From NCBI GenBank assembly GCA_025060615.1, contig JANXBS010000020.1, positions 7,319-71,318 on the forward strand: a stretch of DNA of 64,000 nt, read 5' to 3'. The notes beneath the pieces were generated by a model. That model saw only the letters and a list, made by a program, of their open reading frames with translations, searched no databases and was not told the DNA's origin. Positions 1 to 10,396 of the stretch are shown one piece after another. This stretch comes from Anaerolineae bacterium (lineage in GTDB: Bacteria; Chloroflexota; Anaerolineae; DUEN01). The position numbers were made by a program, and so were the translations under genes. Numbering within the stretch: the first letter of the stretch is position 1; each line of letters starts with the position of its first letter.

Positions 1-1875
1 TATCTCGTCTTCCCCTACCGGCTCTATGACCTATTCGTGCGTGGCGCCCTGCCCGAGTTCGCGGCCTTCCTCTGGTTGCCATTGATCGCTTACTTGAACC
101 ACCGTCTGGCTCAAATCATTTCCACCGGGAAGCCTGCGCTTGAGATGATGCGCATCCCTATGTTCTTTCTGTTGAGCCTCGCGTGGGCTGGCCTTTTCTG
201 CACCCACAACTTGACTGCCCTCATGGCTGTGTTCATGGCTGCCCTGATGATCCCTCTCCTGGCCCTCACTCGCGCTTCAGCTTCTCCCCATCCCGCTTTG
301 TGGCCTGCTTTGGTGAATAGCAGCAAACTGATAGGGCTTCCTCTCCTAGCCGGTATCTTGGCGGGCATGATACAAATCGCGCCGTCTATCTGGGAAGCGC
401 CTTGGGTTAAGCTGGGGCTCGCCGCCAGCGATTTCGGGTTTCGCCGCCACTTGGCGAGCTGGGCTGATCTGATCACAATGGCCCCTGTGTTTCCTTATCC
501 CAACGCCGCTGAGCCGACGGTGCCTCTGCCTGGATATTTATTGATTAGCTTGGGAATGGCCCTGTTGGCATGGCTCTTCTGGCGGACGATGCCTGGGCGA
601 GGATACCTCACCGTAGCGTTGGCGATAAGCGGCATCACGCTTTTCCTCACCACAGAGGCCAGTTCACCCGTGTGGCATGGATTGCTGCCAGTGATGGGCA
701 GGCTTCAGTTCCCCTGGCGGTGGCAGGCGCCTCTCTCGCTGGCCTTTACGTGCGCGGTGGCGACCCTCCTAGAAGCCTTTTGGACGGCCCTTCCTCGTCG
801 AACGGCAGCCAGCGGCCGGTGGTTGACCGGCGTTAGCGCGCTGCTGGCCACCTACACCGGCGCCTACGCGACCCTCGGGCTAGCACCTAATCCGGCGCCG
901 TATACAGCCCGAGATCTCACCGTGGAACACATGTGGCAATTCGACGCCGAACATGGACAGGTGGGGGCTACTTGGACGGCGGAGTTTCTGCCCCGCTGGG
1001 TAAGCGAACAGCGATGGGCGCTCGGGCGCGCTCCATCCTCCGCTGAGGGGCCAACAGACGCTAGGCCCGTCACCTTTACCGCCATCCCTCTCGTTCAGGG
1101 TTACCTGCGTGAGAGCTGGTTCGTCACCGCCTCTCAGCCGTTAACGCTCCGTTTTCACCGCTTTTACTACCCCGCTTGGCAGGTCACCGTAGATGGCCAC
1201 CGTGTCCCCGCCTATCCAGATGGCGTCATGGGCCTGCTCGCCTTCGACCTGGAGGCCGGAGCTCATCAGCTAGAGCTCCGTTTCACTGTCACGCCAGCAG
1301 TTCAACTTGGCTGGCTATGCAGCGGAGTGACGCTACTGGGCCTCTCCTTCCTGGCGCTGCGTCCATATGGTCGCCTTAGGTTAAAGGTGGGACTGGCCGT
1401 GATAACGTTGCTGACCGTGATGACATGGAATCCTCTAGAGACGGCAGTCCATCCGCGGCCCATCGGCGCGGATTACGGCCCCGTACGCCTGGAGGCGATT
1501 GCCATCGGCAAAGCGCGCCCTGGAGAGAGGCTGCCCGTACATCTCTACTGGTCCGTTCAGAGGCCCACAGGGCCACTGACCGCCTTTGTGCATGTGGTAG
1601 GAGCGGACGGACGGATCGCCACGCAACGGGATGAACCGCTCGCTGGCCCATATACTCCCGCTGAGCGCTGGCGCTCTGGGATGGTGCTAAACTACACGCA
1701 CTGGGTGCCGGTACCCGCCGACATACCAGCAGGCGAGTACACCATCTACGTGGGCCTCTATCCCCCCGGCCAACCCGAAGCCCCCCTTCAACCTCTGAAC
1801 CGGCCCGATACGCGTCTGGCGGTGGGCGTTGTGAGGATAAGCCCCCTGACCATCTGGCCCGGCCGAACAGAATAA
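1..1875 (+). CDS. 5'-truncated multi-pass membrane protein (PTPS-related/YfhO-like GT-C fold) with C-terminal extracytoplasmic beta module
   Basis: Frame 1 is open from base 1 (YLVFPYRLYDLFVRGALPEFAAFLWLP), so the gene starts before the window. It has many hydrophobic segments, the QFPWRW and FYYPAWQVTVDG motifs, and a C-terminal LYW...AFVHVVGADG...QRD...RW..G...PAGEYTIYVGLY module. Confidence 0.7.
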   Translation, partial: YLVFPYRLYDLFVRGALPEFAAFLWLPLIAYLNHRLAQIISTGKPALEMMRIPMFFLLSLAWAGLFCTHNLTALMAVFMAALMIPLLALTRASASPHPALWPALVNSSKLIGLPLLAGILAGMIQIAPSIWEAPWVKLGLAASDFGFRRHLASWADLITMAPVFPYPNAAEPTVPLPGYLLISLGMALLAWLFWRTMPGRGYLTVALAISGITLFLTTEASSPVWHGLLPVMGRLQFPWRWQAPLSLAFTCAVATLLEAFWTALPRRTAASGRWLTGVSALLATYTGAYATLGLAPNPAPYTARDLTVEHMWQFDAEHGQVGATWTAEFLPRWVSEQRWALGRAPSSAEGPTDARPVTFTAIPLVQGYLRESWFVTASQPLTLRFHRFYYPAWQVTVDGHRVPAYPDGVMGLLAFDLEAGAHQLELRFTVTPAVQLGWLCSGVTLLGLSFLALRPYGRLRLKVGLAVITLLTVMTWNPLETAVHPRPIGADYGPVRLEAIAIGKARPGERLPVHLYWSVQRPTGPLTAFVHVVGADGRIATQRDEPLAGPYTPAERWRSGMVLNYTHWVPVPADIPAGEYTIYVGLYPPGQPEAPLQPLNRPDTRLAVGVVRISPLTIWPGRTE

Positions 1876-1882
1876 GCCTGCC

Positions 1883-2746
1883 CTACCGCCCGCCCATGCC
1901 GGAGAGGGTGATCCCCTGCACGAACCAGTTCTGACCCGCGATGTAGACTGCCAGGACCGGGGCCAACGCGATCACTGAGCCTGCCATCAACAGATGCCAT
2001 TGCACGTTGTACTGCCCCTGGAAGGTACTCAACCCCACCGGCAACGTACGCATTTCCAGCGAATTGGTCACCACCAGTGGCCACAGGAAGTCGTTCCAGG
2101 CGTTGAGGAAGATAAAGATCGTCAGCGCGGCCAGGACTGGGCCGCTCAGCGGCAGGATGATCTGCCACCAGATGCGCCAGGACGAGGCCCCATCGACGCG
2201 CGCTGCCTCGTCTAGGTCCAACGGAATGCTCAGCAGATACTGTCGCATCAAGAACGTGCTGAAGGCCGAAAATGAGGGCGGTAAAATCAGCGCCTGATAG
2301 GTGTCGTACCAACGCAGATAGCGGATCAGGATGAAGTTGGGGATCATCGTCACCTGGAATGGGATCATCAACGTCGCCAGGTAAAGTAAAAAGAGCGTGT
2401 TGCGCCCCCGAAAGCGCAGCCGAGCGAAGGCGAAGCCCGCCAATGACGACGTCAACAGTTGTAACAACGTGACGCTGCTGGCCACGATCAAGCTATTGAG
2501 ATAGAAACGGCCAAACGGCATAGCCGCAATGGCCTGAGCATAGTTCTCCCAGGCCAAACGGCGGGGGATCCAGATGGGCGGATATGTGAAGATTTCAGAT
2601 GGCTCTTTGAGCGAGGTGCTGAGCATCCACAGGAACGGCAATAACATCAAGCCGCTACCGACGATCAGGATTGCGTGCAAGACGATGTGAGCGGGTCGCG
2701 GCCGGAGGCGAAACGATTGAGCGGACTGAGGACGAAGGTGAGACAT
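1883..2746 (-). CDS. Carbohydrate ABC transporter permease (CUT1, MalG-like)
   Basis: 6-TM protein with the EAA motif LDEAARVDGAS and WNDFLWPL. Confidence 0.95.
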   Translation of the reverse strand: MSHLRPQSAQSFRLRPRPAHIVLHAILIVGSGLMLLPFLWMLSTSLKEPSEIFTYPPIWIPRRLAWENYAQAIAAMPFGRFYLNSLIVASSVTLLQLLTSSLAGFAFARLRFRGRNTLFLLYLATLMIPFQVTMIPNFILIRYLRWYDTYQALILPPSFSAFSTFLMRQYLLSIPLDLDEAARVDGASSWRIWWQIILPLSGPVLAALTIFIFLNAWNDFLWPLVVTNSLEMRTLPVGLSTFQGQYNVQWHLLMAGSVIALAPVLAVYIAGQNWFVQGITLSGMGGR

Positions 2747-2752
2747 CGGCTG

Positions 2753-3718
2753 TCACTCTCCCGCTTCGTAATGGACCCACCGTCGCTGCAGCCTAGTCTG
2801 CAGAAAGGTAAAGGCGAAGATAAAGATGAACAACACCCAAGCGATGGCAGCCGCCTTCCCCATGCGGCCGAACTCGAAAGCATTTTGGTAGATATAATAG
2901 ACGATGGTGAGCGTGGCCTGAGCTGGGCCACCACGTGTCATGACATATGGCTCGCTGAAGAGCTGAAACGCCCCGATCATCAGGATCACGGCCAGGAAGA
3001 AGGTCGTCGGGCTCACCATCGGGACCGTCACATAGCGGAAGCGTTGCCAGGCACTGGCGCCATCCACCTCTGCGGCATCATACAGCTCTTTGGGGATCGC
3101 CTGCAGGCCAGCCAGATAGATCACGATGCTGAAGCCCATATTCTTCCACAGCGTCAAGATCACCACCGCCGGCTTGGCCCAGACGGTGCTGTTGAGCCAG
3201 TCTGGCGGGCTTATGGGTAACCCCGTCCACTCGCCCAGTTTCCAGATCACGGCGCTGACGATGCCGAAATCGCGGTTGAACATCCACTGAAAGACCAAGG
3301 CCGCGGCCACGATGGTGGCGACCACTGGCATGAAATAGATCAGCCGGTATACCTTAACGCCCCGAATTGGCTGGTTGAGGGCCACGGCGAACAGCAGGCT
3401 GAGGATGATCTGCGACGGGACGATGGTGACGATGAAGAACGCCGTGTTCCATGCCACCCGCCGGAAGATGGGATCCTGCCCGATCAGCTGGGTATAGTTC
3501 GCCAGGCCAATCAACTGCGGCGGCGTGAGCAGGTTCCAGCGGGCAAAGCTGAGCGCCAGTGATCCAATGATGGGGAGCGCAGTGAAGACGAGAAAACCGG
3601 CGAAGCTGGGCAACAGAAAGAGATAAGCCTCCCATTGTTGGTCCGCCCGCCATCGCCGCCAACGACGCCTCGGGATCAGGTTCAGCGCAGATGTTCTTTC
3701 GTCCACAGGCTGTTTCAA
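2753..3718 (-). CDS. Carbohydrate ABC transporter permease (CUT1, MalF-like)
   Basis: EAA motif LYDAAEVDGAS; YLAGLQAIP; adjacent to the second permease and the binding protein. Confidence 0.95.
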   Translation of the reverse strand: MKQPVDERTSALNLIPRRRWRRWRADQQWEAYLFLLPSFAGFLVFTALPIIGSLALSFARWNLLTPPQLIGLANYTQLIGQDPIFRRVAWNTAFFIVTIVPSQIILSLLFAVALNQPIRGVKVYRLIYFMPVVATIVAAALVFQWMFNRDFGIVSAVIWKLGEWTGLPISPPDWLNSTVWAKPAVVILTLWKNMGFSIVIYLAGLQAIPKELYDAAEVDGASAWQRFRYVTVPMVSPTTFFLAVILMIGAFQLFSEPYVMTRGGPAQATLTIVYYIYQNAFEFGRMGKAAAIAWVLFIFIFAFTFLQTRLQRRWVHYEAGE

Positions 3719-3788
3719 GCCATCCTACACGGGTAAACTTTTCAACCCGATAGCCATGCCGGTACCCTCGCAGGAGCGTCAGAGGAGG

Positions 3789-3817
3789 CCCTGGAGGGAC
3801 ACTTCGCCCCTCCAGGG
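3789..3817. other. Intercistronic stem-loop between the binding-protein and permease genes
   Basis: Perfect 10-bp inverted repeat CCCTGGAGGG / CCCTCCAGGG with a 9-nt loop. The position is typical of structures that stabilise or attenuate ABC operon mRNA. Confidence 0.5.
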
Positions 3818-3922
3818 AGATCCTTTTTCAGCCTTTTACCTACCGATCTTGGCTTTCTATCCTGGGGTTCCTCTTCCACATCACTCCATTCGATCAGGAA
3901 AAGGCCGTGATCGAAAAACTGC

Positions 3923-5278
3923 TTACTTCGGATATCCATGCTCTTTGAGGAAAGCATTCACCTGCTCACAGAGCTGTGGAACCACCTCTTCTGGCGTCGC
4001 CTCGCCGGCCCATATTCGCTCCAGCGCCGGGTCAATGATGGAGCCGCTCAGCTCGCCCCACTCGGCGAAGTAGCCGAACCGCCCCACTTTGGCGTTTTCA
4101 CCCTCGATGAGGAAGGCCATGCGGTTGGCAGGAGGTTTACCAGCCTTTAGAAAGGCATCCGAGCGAGCGGTGGAGCGCAAGGCGGGGAAGATCTCACCCG
4201 ACTCGGTATAGATGCGCTGACCGCCATTAGTGCTCTGAAGCCAGCTCAGGAAGGTCCAAGCCTCTTCCTTGTTATCGCTCACCGCGCTCATGACCCAAGC
4301 CGCGCCGCCCGCAGCTGCCGCTCGCTGGCCGCCCTTCGGGATCGGCACGGGCGCCACGTCATAGTTCATTCCAGCCGCGTTGAAGGTGGAGACCCGGCTG
4401 GCATTCTGAATGATCATGGCCACCTGGCCACTCTGGAAGACCGCCGCGTCGCCGCCCGCCTGGTTCAGGCTGGCGGATCGCATGGCCAGGTTGCGATTCA
4501 TGAGATCCGCAAAGAACTTGATCCCCTCCATCGCCGCCGGCTCGGTCAAGGTGCACTTGGAAGGGTTGCGCATGTCATCCAGGATGCTGCCCCGATTCTG
4601 GCCCACCCAGAGCTGCCACTTGCCTCCCTCCATCCCCAGGGCATATCGGGCTACGCGGCCAGTGGGCTCCACCACTGTCAGCTTCTCCGCCGCAGCAACG
4701 AAATCGTCCCAAGTCCAGTTCTCGTTAGGGTACTCGACCCCGGCCTCGTCAAAGATGTCCTTGTTGTAGTAGAGCACCTCGACGCTCACATCGCGCGGCA
4801 GGCCATAGACGCTGCCATTCCACATGGCCGATTCCAGCAGCGCCGGCCAATAGTCGCTCAGGTCGTAGTTGCTCTTCTGGATCCAGGGATCGAGGTTCTC
4901 CAACACACCCTCCGCAGCATAACGCGGCGTCGGCCATAGGAAGAAGACGTCTGGGATAGCCGTCGGATCGCCGCCAGCGAAGAGGGTCTGCAGCTTGGTG
5001 AAGTAGTCGCTCCAGGGGTAATGCCAGTACTCAATCTTGATGTTGGGATGCTCGGCCATAAAGGCCTGGGCCACCTTCTCATGGGTGGCGCGCTCCTCAG
5101 CGCTACCCCAGAAGCCCCAGGTCAGGGTGACGACCTTTTCGGCAGCCGGTGTTTCGGCAGCCGGCTGCTCGGCCGCGGGAGGGGCCACTGGAGGCGGCGT
5201 GGGCACCACACAGGCGCTGATCGCCAAGGCGAAAGCCGACAGCACCATCATCACGTGAAGCATACGATCCTTGAACAT
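3923..5278 (-). CDS. Sugar ABC transporter substrate-binding lipoprotein (family 1)
   Basis: Start moved to ATG 5278 (SD AAGGAGGGAG). Lipobox LAISAC, Pro/Ala linker, GSVYGLP...VLYYNKDIFDEAGV. Confidence 0.93.
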   Translation of the reverse strand: MFKDRMLHVMMVLSAFALAISACVVPTPPPVAPPAAEQPAAETPAAEKVVTLTWGFWGSAEERATHEKVAQAFMAEHPNIKIEYWHYPWSDYFTKLQTLFAGGDPTAIPDVFFLWPTPRYAAEGVLENLDPWIQKSNYDLSDYWPALLESAMWNGSVYGLPRDVSVEVLYYNKDIFDEAGVEYPNENWTWDDFVAAAEKLTVVEPTGRVARYALGMEGGKWQLWVGQNRGSILDDMRNPSKCTLTEPAAMEGIKFFADLMNRNLAMRSASLNQAGGDAAVFQSGQVAMIIQNASRVSTFNAAGMNYDVAPVPIPKGGQRAAAAGGAAWVMSAVSDNKEEAWTFLSWLQSTNGGQRIYTESGEIFPALRSTARSDAFLKAGKPPANRMAFLIEGENAKVGRFGYFAEWGELSGSIIDPALERIWAGEATPEEVVPQLCEQVNAFLKEHGYPK

Positions 5279-5792
5279 TGCTCCCTCCTTAAAAATAAGA
5301 TCTCTGCTGAGCTGAATACTCCTCCTGCCAGCGGACAAGCGAAGACAAAACGCCGCTTCGCTTCTGCTGCCCGCTTCTAGAAAGCCTAAGTAAGAAAGGA
5401 GATCGACATCTCTTATGATAGCATCACTTGACAGTCCGAGCAAGGCCTTGCGCTGAGGGCTTCTCGGAAAACTACGAAGGACACAAAGGGTACAAAGCGC
5501 GGCCTTTTGTGCTTCCTAGGGGACCTCTAAGGCAAAGCGGCGCTACGCTCTTACAAGCCTTTTTACCTGCCCATTGGCCTGAGCTGGTCTCCTAAAGCCC
5601 CAATCACCGCAGAGACGCCTGCCCGCCCCTGAACACGGAAAGTGGGGTTGCCGCGCGATGAAAAATGTGATATCCTAAAAAGTAGAGACGCGGGATGAGC
5701 CGCTTTCCCCGAAGCGATCCGGTCGGCATCGAATCGGCTCCGCGATCCTACGGCTACTGGCGGTCAAAGGCCGCAGAACCGGAGGGGCCGAG

Positions 5793-7301
5793 ATGGAAGG
5801 CACCGTGGCACTTCCAATCCTCAGGTTGACCGACATCCACAAGTCGTTTGCCGGCGTCCACGCGCTGGCTGGCGTCTCTATGGAACTGCTCCCCGGCGAA
5901 ATCCATGCCTTGATGGGCGAGAATGGCGCTGGCAAATCCACCTTGGTCAAGGTGATGACCGGCGTCCATCAGCCCGACGCTGGCACCATCGAATTCGGAG
6001 GCCGCCCCGTGAAGTTCTCATCTCCTCTGATAGCTCGCGAGTATGGCATCGCCGCAATCTACCAAGAGCCTACCCTCTTCCCGGACTTGGACGTCGCCGA
6101 GAACATTTTTATAGGGCGCCAGCCGGTACACCCGAAGTCCCGCCGCATCGCATGGCAGGCGATGTACGAGGAGGCCGACCGGCTGCTGAGATCCCTGGGC
6201 GTGGACATAGACCCACGCGCCCGTGTGCGCGATCTCAGCTTCGCTGATCGGCAGATGGTGGAGATCGCCAAGGCGCTGTCCATTCGTGCTCGCGTCCTGA
6301 TCATGGACGAGCCCACTTCAGCGTTGACATTACGGGAGGCCGAGGAGCTGTTTCGCATCGCCCGACAATTGCGGGATCAGGGCACCTCCATCGTCTTCAT
6401 TTCGCATCGGTTGGAGGAGGCCTTCGAGCTGGCCGATCGCGTGACGGTTCTGCGAGACGGGCACTACATCGGCACTCGTCTCATCCGAGATGTCACCCCT
6501 GGCGAGGTGATCCGCATGATGGTTGGGCGCACGCTGGAAACGCTCTTCCCCAAGGAGTCGGTCAAGCCTGGGCCAGTGGCGCTACGTGTAGAGGGGCTCA
6601 CCCGCCCTGGCGCGTTCTGGGATGTGTCGTTTGAGCTACGGCAGGGCGAGATCCTGGGGCTAGCTGGGCTGGTGGGGGCGGGTCGTACCGATGTCGCGCG
6701 CGCTATCTTTGGGGTGGCGCCGGCCGAGCGAGGGACGATCTGGGTGGACGGCACCCCTGTCCGCATCCAAAGCCCTGAAGACGCGCTGGCCTTGGGGATC
6801 GCCTATGTGCCGGAGGATCGGCAGCAACACGGCCTGGTGCTGCCCATGCCCATCACCCACAACGTCACCCTGCCCATCTTGCAGGCGTTTGCCCGCATGG
6901 GATGGATGGATCGAACGGCCGAGGAGCGCGTGGCGGCGGAATACGCCAGCCGGCTTGACGTCCGCTCGGCCGGGCTGTGGCAGCCCGTGCGCGAGCTCTC
7001 GGGCGGGAACCAGCAGAAGGTGGTGCTGGCCAAATGGCTGGCCGCGCGGCCGCGCATCTTGATCCTAGATGAGCCCACCCGAGGGATTGATGTGGGCACT
7101 AAAGCGGAGGTGCATCGCCTGATGAGCCAGCTCGCCGGCCAGGGGATGGCGATCCTGATGATCTCCTCCGAGCTGCCGGAGATCCTAGGGATGAGCGATC
7201 GCATTCTGGTCATGCGCGAGGGACGCGTGACCGGGCATTTCACACGCGCTGAGGCAACGCAAGAGCGGATCATGGCCGCCGCCACAGGAGCGCTGACATA
7301 A
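5793..7301 (+). CDS. rhaT: Monosaccharide ABC transporter ATP-binding protein (CUT2, two NBDs), rhamnose-type
   Basis: Walker A GENGAGKST, LIMDEPT, LSGGNQQKV, LDEPTRGIDVG; same operon as a RhaS-like binding protein. Confidence 0.88.
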   Translation: MEGTVALPILRLTDIHKSFAGVHALAGVSMELLPGEIHALMGENGAGKSTLVKVMTGVHQPDAGTIEFGGRPVKFSSPLIAREYGIAAIYQEPTLFPDLDVAENIFIGRQPVHPKSRRIAWQAMYEEADRLLRSLGVDIDPRARVRDLSFADRQMVEIAKALSIRARVLIMDEPTSALTLREAEELFRIARQLRDQGTSIVFISHRLEEAFELADRVTVLRDGHYIGTRLIRDVTPGEVIRMMVGRTLETLFPKESVKPGPVALRVEGLTRPGAFWDVSFELRQGEILGLAGLVGAGRTDVARAIFGVAPAERGTIWVDGTPVRIQSPEDALALGIAYVPEDRQQHGLVLPMPITHNVTLPILQAFARMGWMDRTAEERVAAEYASRLDVRSAGLWQPVRELSGGNQQKVVLAKWLAARPRILILDEPTRGIDVGTKAEVHRLMSQLAGQGMAILMISSELPEILGMSDRILVMREGRVTGHFTRAEATQERIMAAATGALT

Positions 7302-7312
7302 GAGGTCGCACT

Positions 7313-8218
7313 ATGACATCTACGGAAGCCACATCGGTGATTACGCCGCAGATTCGGGAAAAGCTATTAACCTTTCAGAGAAACGAGATCACCGAAAATT
7401 TGATCTACACCCAGTTGGCCCGATATGTCAAGACACCGGAAAACCGTCGGGTATTGGAGCAGATCGCCGCTGATGAGCTGCGCCACTATGAAGTCTGGCG
7501 CAGTTACAGCGGCCAAGATGTACCGCCAGATCACTGGAAGGCGAGATGGTATATCGCCATCAGCCGGTTGTTCGGATTGACCTTTGGCCTCAAGTTGATG
7601 GAGGGCGGTGAAGGGAACACCCATGAAGACTACACACCATTGATCGGCATCCTGCCGGAGGCCGCGGCCTTGGCCCAGGAGGAGAAGCAGCACGAAAACA
7701 AACTGATTGGGCTGTTGGATGAGGAGCTGCTGCGCTACGTCAGCTCGATTGTCCTAGGACTGAACGATGCCCTTGTGGAGCTGACCGGCGCCCTGGCCGG
7801 GCTCACGCTGGCGCTGCAGAATACCCGGTTGATCGCCCTCACCGGCGCCATCACTGGGATCGCTGCCGCCCTTTCGATGGGAGCCTCAGAATACCTTTCC
7901 ACCCGTTCTGAGGAGGCCGAGAGCGGCTCTGGCCGATCGCCGTTAAAGGCCGCCGTTTACACCGGCTTCGCTTACATCATCACAGTATTGTTGCTCATTT
8001 TGCCCTATTTGTTGTTATCGAACTACTATGTCTGTCTGGCCATTGCGCTGGCCATCGCTGTACTGGTGATTGCGTTCTTCAACTATTACATCTCGGTGGC
8101 CAAAGATCAATCGTTCCGCAGTCGTTTTCTGGAGATGACCGGCCTGAGCCTCGGGGTGGCAGTACTGAGCTTTCTGATCGGGTATCTGTTCCGCACTTTC
8201 TTTGGCATCGAAGTTTAA
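7313..8218 (+). CDS. Ferritin/rubrerythrin-like domain + VIT1/CCC1 metal (Fe/Mn) transporter
   Basis: N-terminal ExxH motifs (DELRH, EEKQH), then IVLGLNDALVELTGALAG...LSMGASEYLS and a 5-TM C-terminal domain. Confidence 0.88.
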   Translation: MTSTEATSVITPQIREKLLTFQRNEITENLIYTQLARYVKTPENRRVLEQIAADELRHYEVWRSYSGQDVPPDHWKARWYIAISRLFGLTFGLKLMEGGEGNTHEDYTPLIGILPEAAALAQEEKQHENKLIGLLDEELLRYVSSIVLGLNDALVELTGALAGLTLALQNTRLIALTGAITGIAAALSMGASEYLSTRSEEAESGSGRSPLKAAVYTGFAYIITVLLLILPYLLLSNYYVCLAIALAIAVLVIAFFNYYISVAKDQSFRSRFLEMTGLSLGVAVLSFLIGYLFRTFFGIEV

Positions 8219-8225
8219 GAGACAA

Positions 8226-9233
8226 ATGTCTATGCGCACCTTAAACCAGCGCGGTCTCTTTTCCTGGATTCTGAGCGCGCGGGAGATCGGGTTGCTCGGC
8301 TTCCTGGTTGTGCTCATCATCGCCGTCAGCTTGCGCAGCCCGTATTTCCTCACTGTCGAGAACCTGCGCGACATTCTGCTCGACATCGCTATTCTCTCCA
8401 TCGTGGCCATCGGCCAGACGATGGTGATCATCACACGCGGCATAGACTTGTCGGTGGCCTCTAACCTGGCGCTGTCGGGCATGGTCGTCGGTATGACGGT
8501 AAGCTCCAACTGGGATCTGCCGCCGCTGCTTGCCCTAGTGATGGGAATGGGGATCGGGCTCGTCCTGGGCGCGTTCAACGGACTGATCGTCACCCGGGGA
8601 AACGTGCCGCCCATCATCGCCACCTTGGGGACGCTGAGCATCTATCGCGGGCTGGTCTTCGCCATCAGCGGCGGGGCCTGGGTCGACGCGGCCGAGATGC
8701 CTGAGAGCTTCAAGCTGCTGGCGCGCGGCTCGATCCTGGGCATCCCTAACCTGGTGTTCATCGCGGCGCTTGTAGCGTTGATCTTCTACTATTTCCTGAA
8801 CCACACGCGGACCGGCCGCGAGATCTATGCGGTGGGCAGCAATCCCCTGGCCGCTCAGGTGGTCGGGATCCGGGTGCATCGGATCGTGTTCTTAGTCTTT
8901 CTCCTGTCGGGGTTGCTAGCCGGGATGGGCGGGGTGCTTTGGGTCTCCCGCTACGCGTCGGCGCAGAGCGATTCAGCAGTGGGGTTTGAGCTGCAGACGG
9001 TGGCCGCGTCGGTGGTAGGCGGCGTGAATATCTTCGGCGGGTCGGGGACGATCCCTGGCGTGTTGTTAGGGTCGCTGTTATTGGGAGTGATCATCAACGC
9101 GCTGAACCTGGTGCGCATCTCGCCGTTCTGGAAGCTAGCGGTGCAAGGGCTGGTGATCCTGTTAGCTGTCATCTCTGATGCCCTGGTCTCGCGGCAGTTG
9201 CAGCGAGCCGCCTTGCTGCGGAGGGGAACATGA
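8226..9233 (+). CDS. rhaP: Monosaccharide ABC transporter permease 1 (rhamnose-type)
   Basis: GIDLSV, IIATLGT, GREIYAVGSN, ELQTVAASVVGG. Start moved to ATG 8226, 7 nt after the VIT1 stop. Confidence 0.85.
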   Translation: MSMRTLNQRGLFSWILSAREIGLLGFLVVLIIAVSLRSPYFLTVENLRDILLDIAILSIVAIGQTMVIITRGIDLSVASNLALSGMVVGMTVSSNWDLPPLLALVMGMGIGLVLGAFNGLIVTRGNVPPIIATLGTLSIYRGLVFAISGGAWVDAAEMPESFKLLARGSILGIPNLVFIAALVALIFYYFLNHTRTGREIYAVGSNPLAAQVVGIRVHRIVFLVFLLSGLLAGMGGVLWVSRYASAQSDSAVGFELQTVAASVVGGVNIFGGSGTIPGVLLGSLLLGVIINALNLVRISPFWKLAVQGLVILLAVISDALVSRQLQRAALLRRGT

Positions 9234-10234
9234 CATCGAGGCCGGGGGTCATGCGGCGTGGTCTCATACTTCCCGGCTGGCTATTGCGCTGGGAGGCATT
9301 GTTAGTCCTTCTGCTCCTCCTGGCCAGCGTGGTCAATGCCTCGCTTTCGCCGTATTTCCTGGACGTGCACAACCTGTTCGGCATGACGTTCAACTTCATG
9401 GAGCGCGGGCTGATCGCGCTGACGATGACGTTCATTATCATCAGCGGGAACATCGACCTCTCCGTGGCATCTAACCTAGCGATGAGCGCCATCTTGATGG
9501 GTGTGGTCTATCAGGCGGGTTGGAACATCTGGCTGGCGGCCTTGATAGGCCTTGCCGTGGGCACGTTGGGTGGGATGCTCAATGGGCTGCTGATCGCCAA
9601 AGTGCGGCTGCCGGCGCTGGTGGTGACATTAGGGACCTACGCACTGTATCGGGGGATTGCGTTCGTCGTCCTGGGAGATCAGGCGGTGACGAAGTTCCCG
9701 TCGGAGTTCACATATCTGGGACAGGGATACATCCCCGGCACGCCGGTGCCTGTACCATTGGTGCTTTTCGCGGTTTTCGCGGTGCTCTATGGCCTTCTGC
9801 TCCATCGCACCACCTTCGGCCGCTTCGTATATGCCATCGGATCCAACGAGGAGGCGTGCCGATATTCTGGTGTGAACGTGGACCAGGTCAAGATCGCGCT
9901 CTTTGCGCTATCCGGGCTGATGTCGGCGTTGGCGGGGATGGTCCTGGCGGCGCGGTTTGGAAGCGTGCGCCCCAACATCGCCACGGGCTTCGAGCTGGAG
10001 GTGATCACCACGGTGGTATTGGGGGGGGTAGATATCTTCGGCGGCCGAGGGACGATGCCAGGGGTGGTGCTGGCGCTGTTTCTGATCGGCGTCGCCCGCT
10101 ATGGGATGAGTTTGAAAAACGTGCCAGGGCAGACGCAGACGACGCTAATCGGGGTTCTGCTCATTGCGGCAATCCTGCTGCCACAAGTGTTGAGGCGGCT
10201 GACGGCGAGCGGGGTTGGACGGAAGACCGGGTGA
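9230..10234 (+). CDS. rhaQ: Monosaccharide ABC transporter permease 2 (rhamnose-type)
   Basis: GNIDLSV, GRFVYAIGSN, FELEVITTVVLGG; ATGA overlap with the previous permease. Confidence 0.85.
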   Translation: MTSRPGVMRRGLILPGWLLRWEALLVLLLLLASVVNASLSPYFLDVHNLFGMTFNFMERGLIALTMTFIIISGNIDLSVASNLAMSAILMGVVYQAGWNIWLAALIGLAVGTLGGMLNGLLIAKVRLPALVVTLGTYALYRGIAFVVLGDQAVTKFPSEFTYLGQGYIPGTPVPVPLVLFAVFAVLYGLLLHRTTFGRFVYAIGSNEEACRYSGVNVDQVKIALFALSGLMSALAGMVLAARFGSVRPNIATGFELEVITTVVLGGVDIFGGRGTMPGVVLALFLIGVARYGMSLKNVPGQTQTTLIGVLLIAAILLPQVLRRLTASGVGRKTG

Positions 10235-10396
10235 CTCTGCGGTTGACGGCTCGCAAGGGCATAATCCCCTTGGGAAGCCGGACGCTGAGGTATCGACGTG
10301 AAGCTTTCCATCCATTGTGGACAACGGCAACGGCGGGGTTGTCGTTGTGAAGGATTGAAGTCTGGAAACCATTAGTTTTTACAAGGAGGGAGGACC

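Noticed and set aside
5337-5363. 8-bp hairpin AAGCGAAG/CTTCGCTT upstream of the CUT1 binding protein
   Set aside because: Short stem with no recognisable riboswitch features; function cannot be supported.
5691-5709. Possible LacI-type operator GGGATGAGCCGCTTTCCCC before rhaT
   Set aside because: Only partially palindromic, and no cognate regulator in the window.
10243-10265. TTGACG...CATAAT as an internal rhaS promoter
   Set aside because: The spacer is only 11 nt, incompatible with sigma70 geometry.
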